Shown here in pieces: positions 8,400 through 15,878 of a DNA stretch of 32,000 bases. The stretch is from positions 1,950,001 to 1,982,000 of the forward strand of contig NC_013967.1 in NCBI RefSeq assembly GCF_000025685.1, in the 5' to 3' direction. Made by a program: the position numbers and the translations under genes. The notes beneath the pieces were generated by a model that saw nothing but the letters and a program-made list of their open reading frames with translations, had not been told where the DNA came from and made no database searches. How positions within the stretch are numbered: the stretch's first letter is position 1; the number at the start of each line of letters is the position of its first letter. The stretch comes from Haloferax volcanii DS2 (GTDB lineage Archaea > Halobacteriota > Halobacteria > Halobacteriales > Haloferacaceae).

Positions 8400-9647
8400 C
8401 TACAAACTCCCTCCCGCGACGAGTTCCTCGACCCGCGCGTGGTCGAACAGCTGTTCGTCGGCCCCGAAGTCGGGGTAGTCGTCGCCGTCCTCGTAGGTCG
8501 GCCACGCGCCGAACCGCTCGGGATAGAGCTGTTTGGCCGTCATCTCGGTCTGGAACAGGTTCATCAGCGGCCCCTGCCACCGGGTCCCCTGCGGGTAGAC
8601 GCGGTCGTTCCGGACGGCCGCCAGTTCGCGGCCGACCGGGTCGTCCCGGAGGTTCTGTTTCAGCCCGTCGAAGTCGAACGTCTCCGTGACCGTCCACAGC
8701 GCGAGAATCACGTCGGGGTCGGCTTCGAGAAGCGCCTCCACGTCGACCTCCTGGAACGGCCCCGTGAACTCTTCGTCACCGAAGGCGTCGACCGCGCCGA
8801 GCGGCCGGGTGTGGGCGTTCCAGTAGCCGGGCGCGTTCAGGCGGAGCAGATAGATGCTCGACAGGTCCGTCGAGATGGAGAGGTACGCGGCGGTCGGGCG
8901 CTCGGACTCCGGCGGCAGGCCGTCTTCGACGGTAGTGAGCTGGTCGTCGCGGACGGACTGGAGCGCTTCGTAGCGCTCGCGTTCGCCGTACAGCGACGCG
9001 ACGCGCTCGAACAGCTCCCAGAGGTCGTAATACTCGTAGCCGTCGGCCCACTCTTCGGGCGGCGCGGCGTTGAAGTTACTGTAATAGTTCCCGAACCACG
9101 GGCCGATGTTGTCCGCGACTTCGTCGGTGTCGGATCGGTTCCAGTTGTCCTGCGTGGTCACCCACGCGGGGTCGACGAGGTGGAGGTCGCTGTCGAGTTC
9201 GTACAGTCGCTCCTTCGTGAAGCCGTACTCGCCCGCCGCGTCCGCCCACTCGATTTCGAAGCCGTCGAAGCCGGCGGTGAAGTATTCGAGCCCCGCGACG
9301 GTGCCGTCCCACCAGAGGTTGTTGACGGTGTCGCCCTGCCCGAGCGCGCTCGCCATGTCCGGGAACCACGGGAAGTGGGTGAACACGTTCGTCGGCGGTT
9401 CGTCCAACGTGACCGTCCCGACCGGCGACAACTCGGCCGCGTAGCCCGATTCGGCCGTCTCGGTCGCCGTCTCGGTGGCTTCCGCCTCGGCCTCCGTCGC
9501 CGTGGCGGTCTCGGTCGCCGTCGTCGTCGCGCCGTCGCCCGACTGCCCGGCACAGCCAGCGAGCGCTCCGCCACCGAAAAGCGCCCCGCCGTACTTCAGG
9601 TAATCTCTCCGCGTCGGTTCCGCGTTCTCGTCAGCGTCGTCCAGCAT
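8400..9647 (-). CDS. secreted lipoprotein, ABC-type substrate-binding protein of the siderophore/cobalamin (FecB/BtuF, PBP type 2) class; orphan
   Basis: Tat motif TRRDYLKYGG, lipobox LAGC and a T/A/E-rich linker. The body carries DPDVILALW and W/Y-rich features of Peripla_BP_2-type binders. No permease or ATPase gene is adjacent. Confidence 0.8.
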   Translation of the reverse strand: MLDDADENAEPTRRDYLKYGGALFGGGALAGCAGQSGDGATTTATETATATEAEAEATETATETAESGYAAELSPVGTVTLDEPPTNVFTHFPWFPDMASALGQGDTVNNLWWDGTVAGLEYFTAGFDGFEIEWADAAGEYGFTKERLYELDSDLHLVDPAWVTTQDNWNRSDTDEVADNIGPWFGNYYSNFNAAPPEEWADGYEYYDLWELFERVASLYGERERYEALQSVRDDQLTTVEDGLPPESERPTAAYLSISTDLSSIYLLRLNAPGYWNAHTRPLGAVDAFGDEEFTGPFQEVDVEALLEADPDVILALWTVTETFDFDGLKQNLRDDPVGRELAAVRNDRVYPQGTRWQGPLMNLFQTEMTAKQLYPERFGAWPTYEDGDDYPDFGADEQLFDHARVEELVAGGSL

Positions 9648-9652
9648 ACGAA

Positions 9653-9702
9653 TTAGGCCAGCCTAAAACAATATAGCTGCTTCGAAATTTAGTCCGGCCT
9701 AA
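9653..9702 (-). promoter_or_regulatory. two 14-bp near-palindromes (TTAGGCCAGCCTAA, TTAGTCCGGCCTAA) bracketing a TATA-like box upstream of the binding-protein gene
   Basis: Copy 1 is 9653-9666 and copy 2 is 9689-9702, and both are followed by AAC. A TATA-like aatatag sits at 9670-9676, about 25-30 nt upstream of the ATG at 9647. The arms TTAGG...CCTAA resemble DtxR/IdeR iron-box half sites. Confidence 0.5.
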
Positions 9703-9772
9703 AACTGAGTGATACGACGGTCCGCGTCCGGGAGTCGACCGGGACTCCGCCGCCGCCCGCGTCGGCGTCGGG

Positions 9773-10786
9773 TTAGGGCTCCGATACGCCGACGACCTGC
9801 TTGCCGATGTTGTCGCCGGAGAACAGTCCGAGGAACGCGTCGGGCGCGTTCTCCAGCCCGTCGACGACGGTTTCGCGGTGTTCGAGGTCGCCCGACGCGA
9901 CCCACGACCCGAGCTGTTCGCTGGCCTGTCCGAAGCGGGTGGCGTAGTCACCGACCAGCAGCCCTTGGACTTTCGCGCGCGGCGCGATGAGCTGCGGGAG
10001 CTTTCGCGGGCCGGTCGGTACGCCCTCGTCGTTGTAGTGGGCGATTTGCCCGCAGACGGCGACGCGAGCGTCGAGGTTCAGCTTCGTGAACACCGCGTCG
10101 GTGATGGGGCCGCCGACGTTGTCGAAGTAGACGTCGACGCCGTCGGGGGCGGCGTCGTCGAGCGCCGCCCGGTAGTCGTCGACCGCCTTGTAGTTGATTG
10201 CGGCGTCGAAGCCGAGGTCGTCGGTGAGCCACGACACCTTTTCGTCGGAGCCGGCGAAGCCGACGACGCGACAGCCGTTGAACTTCGCAATCTGGCCGAC
10301 GACGGAGCCGACCGCGCCGGCCGCGCCGGACACGACGACCGTCTCGCCGGGCGAGGGGTCGCCCACCTCGAGCAGGCCGAAGTACGCCGTCCGGCCGGGC
10401 ATCCCGAGCACGCCGAGATAGGCGGGGAGGTCCGCGACCGAGGGGTCGACGGGCGCGACGTTGTCGGCGTCGAGGACGGTGTAGTCGGCCCACGTCCCGT
10501 TACCGCTCACGAGGTCGCCCGCGTCGTACGCGTCGCTTTCGCTCTCGACGACTTCACCGACGACGGCCCCCTGCATCGGGTCACCGACCGACCACGGCTC
10601 GGCGTACGACTCCGCGTCCCGCATCCGGCCGCGCATGTACGGGTCGACAGAGAGGTACCGCACGCGAACGAGGAGCTCCCCGTGTCGCGGCTCCGGCAGG
10701 TCGCCCTCGCGGAGTTCGAAACTGTCCATGTCCGGTTCTTCCTCGGGCCGTTCGGCGAATATCCACTGGCGGTTCGAATCGCGCAT
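9773..10786 (-). CDS. NADP-dependent medium-chain oxidoreductase (alkenal/enone reductase, PTGR1/YncB/CurA-like)
   Basis: Starts MRDSNRQWIFAERPEE. It has the cofactor loop VVVSGAAGAVGSVVGQIAK and the typical C-terminal FLGLFSGDNIGKQVV. The track ORF's 39-aa Arg-rich N-terminal extension is discarded. Confidence 0.9.
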   Translation of the reverse strand: MRDSNRQWIFAERPEEEPDMDSFELREGDLPEPRHGELLVRVRYLSVDPYMRGRMRDAESYAEPWSVGDPMQGAVVGEVVESESDAYDAGDLVSGNGTWADYTVLDADNVAPVDPSVADLPAYLGVLGMPGRTAYFGLLEVGDPSPGETVVVSGAAGAVGSVVGQIAKFNGCRVVGFAGSDEKVSWLTDDLGFDAAINYKAVDDYRAALDDAAPDGVDVYFDNVGGPITDAVFTKLNLDARVAVCGQIAHYNDEGVPTGPRKLPQLIAPRAKVQGLLVGDYATRFGQASEQLGSWVASGDLEHRETVVDGLENAPDAFLGLFSGDNIGKQVVGVSEP

Positions 10787-10955
10787 ACGTGAACACCGAC
10801 CTGCGGACCAACGACGGTGTTGCTTCCAGCAGCACCCGCCGGTTCGACGAGGGATATCGGGTGTCGGGGTCGGTGCTCCACCGCGACGAGTCGCGCACGT
10901 CACCTTCGCTGAACCCAGTCCCTATCTGGCCGGGGGGACTACGGGACAGCGAACG

Positions 10956-11600
10956 ATGCAGGTCGCAGTCATCGGCGCGAACGGCGGTATCGGCCGAGAG
11001 CTACTCCCCCGACTCGCGGACGCCGGGCACGACCCCGTCGGCGTCGTCCGCGACGAATCGCAGTTCGAGGCGGTCCGCGACCGCGGCGGTGAGCCGCGAC
11101 TGGGCGACCTCGAAGGCGACTTCGAATCGGCGCTCGACGGGGCCGACGCGGTCGTGTTCACCGCCGGCTCCGGCGGGTCGACCGGCGCGGACAAGACGCT
11201 CATGGTCGACCTCTGGGGCGCTCGGCGCGTGGTCGACGCCTGCGTCGAGGCGGGTATCGACCGCTTCGTGATGATTAGCTCCACCGGCGCGGGCGACCCG
11301 CTTTCGGGCCCGGAGGCGCTGCGCCCGTATCTGGTCGCCAAGCGCTGCGCGGACGACTACCTCGAACAGTCGTCGCTCGACGCGACGATTCTCCGCCCCA
11401 CGAGGCTCACCGACGCAGAGGGCACCGGCTCCGTCTCGCTGACCGTCGAGAGTCTCGACGGCGACACGCCCGAGATTCCGCGGGCCGACGTCGCACAGGC
11501 GGTCGTCGCCAGTCTCGATATCGACCGGACGGTCGGCGAGACGCTGACGCTCACGGGCGGCGACACGACCATCGAGCGGGCGCTCCGCGGGGACGACTGA
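10956..11600 (+). CDS. NAD(P)-binding atypical SDR (NmrA/YhfK-like)
   Basis: Starts MQVAVIGANGGIGRE (Rossmann GxxGxxG). It is about 214 aa, in frame with track ORF 10635..11600, whose first 107 residues are basic shadow sequence. Confidence 0.85.
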   Translation: MQVAVIGANGGIGRELLPRLADAGHDPVGVVRDESQFEAVRDRGGEPRLGDLEGDFESALDGADAVVFTAGSGGSTGADKTLMVDLWGARRVVDACVEAGIDRFVMISSTGAGDPLSGPEALRPYLVAKRCADDYLEQSSLDATILRPTRLTDAEGTGSVSLTVESLDGDTPEIPRADVAQAVVASLDIDRTVGETLTLTGGDTTIERALRGDD

Positions 11601-11683
11601 GTCGGTGAGGCACCCGCGGCCGCGGCGCAATCGGACCGCAATCACGCGGTTTCATACCCTTCCGCCGAGCAGCTAGCGAAACC

Positions 11684-12892
11684 GTGAGTACGACTGACGA
11701 CACGACGGGCACGCGACGCGAGACACTGGGCATCGTCGTCGGCTTCTTCCTGCTTTCGACGGCGGCCGCGGCCTACGAAATCGCCCCGGCGAGCGTCTTT
11801 CCGGCCATTCAGGACTCCCTCGGACTGAGTTCGAGCGCGGCGGGCTGGCTCGTCAGCATCATGTACGCGACGGCGGTCGTCACGAGCGTCCCCGTCGGCG
11901 TCGTCCTCGACCGGTTTTCCGTGCGCCGCGTGGTCGGACTGGCGACCGTCGCGCTCGTCGTCGCCGGCGGCTGGGGCTGGTACGCGGCCACCGCCGGCGC
12001 GTTCGGCTGGCTCCTCGCCTCGCGGGTGCTCGGCGGACTCGCCTACGTCACGTTCTGGAACGCGGGCGCGAACGTCGTCGGCAACGCGGTCCCGCCGGCA
12101 CGGCGCGCGACCGCGGTCGGCGTGTTCACCGCGAGTGCGCCCGTCGGGTTCGCCCTCGGGCAGTTCGGGAGCCCGCTCATCGCAAACGCGGCGGGCTGGC
12201 CCGCGATTCTCCCGCTTTACGCCGGGGTCGCCGTCGTCGGCGTCGTGTTCTTCGCGGCCGCGACTCGCCGCCGCGTCCCCGGTGTCGACGCGCCGTCCCC
12301 CGACGGGGCGGCACTCCGCGAACTGTTCGGCAGCCTGGCGGTCTGGACCGTCTGCGGGCTCTGTTTTCTCGCCTACTCGCTGTACCTGTTCGTCAACACC
12401 TGGCTGCCGAGCTTCCTCGCCAGCGAGTTCGAAATCTCGTTGGCGGCGAGCGGTCTCCTGACCGCTCTGTTCCCCGCCATCGGCGCGGTCGCGCGGTCGA
12501 CGAGCGGCGTGGTGACCGACCGCGTGTTCGGCGGTCGTCGCCGCCGCGTCATCGTCTCGTCGTTCGCCGTCGCCACGCCGGCGGTCGTCGCGTTCGCGTT
12601 CGTCTCGGAACTCGGCTACGTCGTCGGTGCGGTCGTCGTCGTCGGCTTCGCCATCCAACTCGTGACGGGGCTCATCTTCTCGTACATCGCCGAACTCGTC
12701 GCCCCCGCGGTGCGGACCACGGCCGTCTCACTCCTGACGAGCGTCGGACTCCTCGGCGCGTTCGCCGCCCCCATCGCCGCCGGCGCGATTATCGACTACG
12801 CGGGATACGCACCGGCGTTCTTCGCCGCGGGCGGGGTCGCCCTCGTCGGCGTGCTCTTGGCGCTCCGTGCACCGGAACCGAGTCGGGTGTAG
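11684..12892 (+). CDS. MFS transporter
   Basis: 402-aa ORF with a GTG start and about 12 hydrophobic segments, including MFS-like loop motifs (LDRFSVRRV, GVVTDRVFGGRRR). A TATA-like tttcatac lies about 30 nt upstream. Confidence 0.85.
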   Translation: MSTTDDTTGTRRETLGIVVGFFLLSTAAAAYEIAPASVFPAIQDSLGLSSSAAGWLVSIMYATAVVTSVPVGVVLDRFSVRRVVGLATVALVVAGGWGWYAATAGAFGWLLASRVLGGLAYVTFWNAGANVVGNAVPPARRATAVGVFTASAPVGFALGQFGSPLIANAAGWPAILPLYAGVAVVGVVFFAAATRRRVPGVDAPSPDGAALRELFGSLAVWTVCGLCFLAYSLYLFVNTWLPSFLASEFEISLAASGLLTALFPAIGAVARSTSGVVTDRVFGGRRRRVIVSSFAVATPAVVAFAFVSELGYVVGAVVVVGFAIQLVTGLIFSYIAELVAPAVRTTAVSLLTSVGLLGAFAAPIAAGAIIDYAGYAPAFFAAGGVALVGVLLALRAPEPSRV

Positions 12893-13001
12893 GCCCACCG
12901 TTGCGTCGTGTTTTCTCCCACAGCCATCGCCCCCGCTCTCGCGTCTATTTATGTATTAACTATCCAGTTAGCTTATGTATAGGGCAACCCGACGAATAGA
13001 T

Positions 13002-13151
13002 ATGGCTCGCGCAGTCAACCCCGTTCGAACCGACTACTCGAACATCCAAATGGGTCTCATGGGGACGCTCATCGTCGCTGGAATCGCGGTCCTCATGATC
13101 CCGTTCGCGCCGTTCATCCTCCTCGGACTGGTGTGGCGGCTGTTCCACTAG
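13002..13151 (+). CDS. possible 49-aa single-pass membrane protein (below the ORF-track length cut-off)
   Basis: ATG at 13002 and TAG at 13149-13151. Translation is MARAVNPVRTDYSNIQMGLMGTLIVAGIAVLMIPFAPFILLGLVWRLFH, with one clear hydrophobic helix. A TATA-like ttatgtata lies about 25 nt upstream. Confidence 0.35.
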   Translation: MARAVNPVRTDYSNIQMGLMGTLIVAGIAVLMIPFAPFILLGLVWRLFH

Positions 13152-13458
13152 GCGCGCCGACCTCCCGCCAGGCCGCAGTTCGACACGTGTTTTTTGACCG
13201 CCTGACCGTCAGGTGTGCCGCGACACCCCCGATTGCACTCGAATTTGTGGATAACTGGGGCCTCAGTTCTGCCCCAGTTCGGCCAACGGTTATCGGCCCG
13301 ACGACGAACCAGTCGGTCGGCTGCTGACGCGGCGGCAGGCGCTCGCGGTCGGCGGGACGGCCGCGGCGGCGTGGCTCGCCGGCTGTACGTCCGGCGGTGA
13401 CGCCGAGGGGACAGACACCGAGAACGCGACGAGCACCGAGACGACCGCGTCGCCCGCG

Positions 13459-14253
13459 ATGTCGACCGACGACCCGGACTACCCGGCGACGGGGACCATG
13501 ACCGATACGTCGGTCACGACGAGCGACGGGACGACCGCCTGCGTCGCCCAGCCCGAACTGACCGAAGGGCCGTACTACGTCGACGAGAACCTCCGGCGCT
13601 CGGACATCCGGGCGGACAGCGACACCGGCGAGCAGGAAGACGGCGTCAGGCTCGACCTCGGATTCAAGGTGTTCGAACTGACCGAAGACAGCTGTACGCC
13701 CCTCGATAACGCCATCGTCGACGTGTGGCACGCCAACGCCAGCGGCGTCTACTCCGACGTGGAGATGCAGAACACCGTCGGACAGGACTTCCTCCGCGGG
13801 ATTCAGCTCACCGACGACGCCGGTGCGGCCTCGTTCACGACCATCTATCCCGGCTGGTACACGGGGCGTGCCGTCCACATTCACTTCAAGGTCCGCTCGT
13901 CGGACGACGCGACGGAGGCCTACGAGTTCACCTCGCAGTTGTTCTTCGACGACGATCTCACCGACCGGGTGTACACCCAAGCGCCGTACGCCGACCGCGG
14001 CGACCGCGACACGCTGAACTCGGAGGACAACATCTTCCAACAGGACAACGCGGCACAGTTGGTCCTCGACCTCACCGAGACGAGCGAGGGCTACAGCGGC
14101 ACGCTCAACGTGGCGCTGTACACGTCCGGCGAGACGGCCGCGGACGACTCGTTTTCGGCCGGTGGCGGCGGCCCGGGCGAGCCACCGAACGGGTCCGAGC
14201 CATCGAGCGACTCCAACCCGCCGGCCACGATGAACGACACGACGACCGAGTAG
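13459..14253 (+). CDS. intradiol ring-cleavage dioxygenase-fold protein (protocatechuate dioxygenase-like)
   Basis: Motifs LTEGPYYVD, VDVWHANASGVYSD and YPGWYTGRAVHIHFKV. The first ATG is at 13459, but an in-frame Tat/lipobox signal (LLTRRQALAVGG...WLAGC) lies upstream at 13321-13392 without any ATG/GTG/TTG (see findings). Confidence 0.8.
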   Translation: MSTDDPDYPATGTMTDTSVTTSDGTTACVAQPELTEGPYYVDENLRRSDIRADSDTGEQEDGVRLDLGFKVFELTEDSCTPLDNAIVDVWHANASGVYSDVEMQNTVGQDFLRGIQLTDDAGAASFTTIYPGWYTGRAVHIHFKVRSSDDATEAYEFTSQLFFDDDLTDRVYTQAPYADRGDRDTLNSEDNIFQQDNAAQLVLDLTETSEGYSGTLNVALYTSGETAADDSFSAGGGGPGEPPNGSEPSSDSNPPATMNDTTTE

Positions 14254-14787
14254 TCGTCGCGCCGATCGCTGGCGAATCCGTCGTGACGCGCGACGCCCTC
14301 GTCGGCGACGGCGCTCGTCTCTCGGTCGCGACGCGTGCCGTGACTCCCCCGGTTCGACGCCAGAAACACCAATATAGAATATATATCAGAAATATATAGT
14401 AGGCAGAGGCATTGGTATGATAGTATATCCTCGAAAACACCGATATCAGCGTTTGAAACTGGCAGGAAGCTCAGATAACATCACCGGACGTCAAATCGCG
14501 AGTCTCCGACTATCTGAAATCTGAATCGCCGTCTGATACCATTTACAGTGCGACTATCCGGAATACCCTTCGAACTCTCGAACTATCCACTAAATCATAG
14601 GATATCTGAATGATACCAGAAATCATCATATTTCTGTCTTAGAACCGGTAGGGGAATCGCGACCGATTCCGCGAGGCCGCTCCCCTCCACGGTCGAAGCA
14701 CCGACGCGGTTGCAGGCGGCTTTGTAGTCACTCGTCTCGCCCACTACGTCGTCGGGCGTCGAATCGGCCACGAGTCCGAGCGGTCGT

Positions 14788-15069
14788 CTACGTATCGAGG
14801 TCGAAGTCGTTCCGGACGAGTTCGACGAGTCGCTCGACGGCCTGTTCGCCGTCGTTACCGTCGGCGGTGATGACGATTTCCTCGTCCGGGCCGACACCGA
14901 GCGAGAGAACGGCGATACTGCTTTTGGCGTCTACCTCCGTCTCCCCGCCGGCTTTCCGCACGGAGATGTCCGTCTCGAACTTCGACGCCGTCTGGACGAA
15001 CATCGACGCGGGACGCGCGTGGAGACCAGTCTCGTGCTCTACGACTACTGTCGCTGATTTCGCTGCCAT
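14788..15069 (-). CDS. ptsH: PTS phosphocarrier protein HPr
   Basis: MAAKSATVVVEHETGLHARPAS carries the active-site His context. A conserved Ser region (DAKSSIAVLSLGV) is present. The alternative start at 15081 adds MPAR. Confidence 0.9.
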   Translation of the reverse strand: MAAKSATVVVEHETGLHARPASMFVQTASKFETDISVRKAGGETEVDAKSSIAVLSLGVGPDEEIVITADGNDGEQAVERLVELVRNDFDLDT

Positions 15070-15301
15070 CCGTGCGGGCATTTCCCACGCCGGTACTAAG
15101 GCTTTTCCGCTAGGCGAGCGCCTTTGCCGGCGGACGCGGACTCGACGCCGGCGCTCGCCGAGGCGGCTCTCAGCGCCGAGACCCGCGAGGACGTGCGAGC
15201 GCTCGTCGACTGAGAACTGGAGGAGAGTGGAATGGAGTGAAGTGGAGTACTGGTCGCTCGCTCGTCGTGAAGCACCACTCCGCGGCGTCGTCTTCTCCCT
15301 T

Positions 15302-15763
15302 TCAGCCGTCGAAATCGACGCAGCGCTCGACGACGAGGTCGAGCAGGCCGTCGGCGTCGCGGCGCTTCGTCAGTTCGGCGAACTCCTCGGCCTGGAAGAG
15401 TTTCGCGAGGTTCGAGAGGAACGACGAGTACCCGTCGGTGTCTGTCACGAGGAGTAACACGACGACTTCGGCGTCGACGCGCTCGTCGGGGTTGTCCATG
15501 CTCCGGAACGCTATCGACTCGCCCGCGGGCGGCAGTCCGAGGAGCACGGCCTGTTCTGTGACGTGGTCGGGGTCGGCGTGGGGGATGGCGATACCGAACC
15601 CCATCGTCGGGATGTCGAGTCCCGTCGGGTAATCGGCTTCGCGTGCCAGAAGGGCGTCCGCGTAGCTCTTGTCGGCCCAGCCTTGGTCGTAGGCGTACGC
15701 GCCGAGTTCCGTGAGGACCGCTTCGTCCGTCTCGCCAGTCAGTTCGAGGCTTTCGGTTTGCAT
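15302..15763 (-). CDS. PTS EIIA component (PTS_EIIA_2, fructose/mannitol/galactitol type)
   Basis: Starts MQTESLELTG. The phospho-His context is GFGIAIPHADPDHV. It is 153 aa, and the track ORF's 136-aa basic N-terminal extension is discarded. Confidence 0.9.
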   Translation of the reverse strand: MQTESLELTGETDEAVLTELGAYAYDQGWADKSYADALLAREADYPTGLDIPTMGFGIAIPHADPDHVTEQAVLLGLPPAGESIAFRSMDNPDERVDAEVVVLLLVTDTDGYSSFLSNLAKLFQAEEFAELTKRRDADGLLDLVVERCVDFDG

Positions 15764-15821
15764 CGATGAGTCGTACGCGGGTCTCCGAGAAAAGTGTTGG
15801 TACCGGTTCGCCGGCGATGCC

Positions 15822-15854
15822 GCAAAACGCGGCGACTCGTCGCGGTCGAGTCGC
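15822..15854 (-). terminator. GC-rich hairpin followed by a short T-run between EIIC and EIIA (attenuator/terminator-like)
   Basis: GCGACTCG (15832-15839) and CGAGTCGC (15847-15854) form an 8-bp stem with a 7-nt loop. On the minus strand the stem is followed within a few nt by TTTT (complement of aaaa at 15824-15827). Confidence 0.3.
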
Positions 15855-15878
15855 GGACACCGACGGGTAACTGCGCGG

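Noticed and set aside
6923-8478. Long ORFs 6923..8125 (-) and 7069..8478 (+) overlapping the NhaC-family gene
   Set aside because: Both are Arg/Asp/His-rich with no membrane segments. The 6917..8386 frame carries the NhaC signature, so these are GC-rich shadow frames. The same reasoning applies to 8439..9656, 9878..10792, 11642..12658, 13114..14040 and 28784..29614.
10768-10783. 16-nt GGCGGTTCGAATCGCG (T-arm-like GGTTCGAATC), repeated identically at 24169-24184; possible tRNA or tRNA-derived att site
   Set aside because: Both copies lie inside well-supported CDS (the oxidoreductase N-terminus and the pdxA-like C-terminus). I could not build acceptor, D or anticodon arms around either copy. 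A single shared 16-mer of GC-rich composition is plausible by chance.
14867-15457. 196-aa plus-strand ORF whose C-terminal half is acidic (…EIDAALDDEVEQAVGV…), overlapping HPr, the spacer and EIIA
   Set aside because: It is antisense to two PTS genes with intact active-site motifs. Its N-terminal half is Ser/Arg-rich junk, and the acidity is a by-product of reading the EIIA complement.
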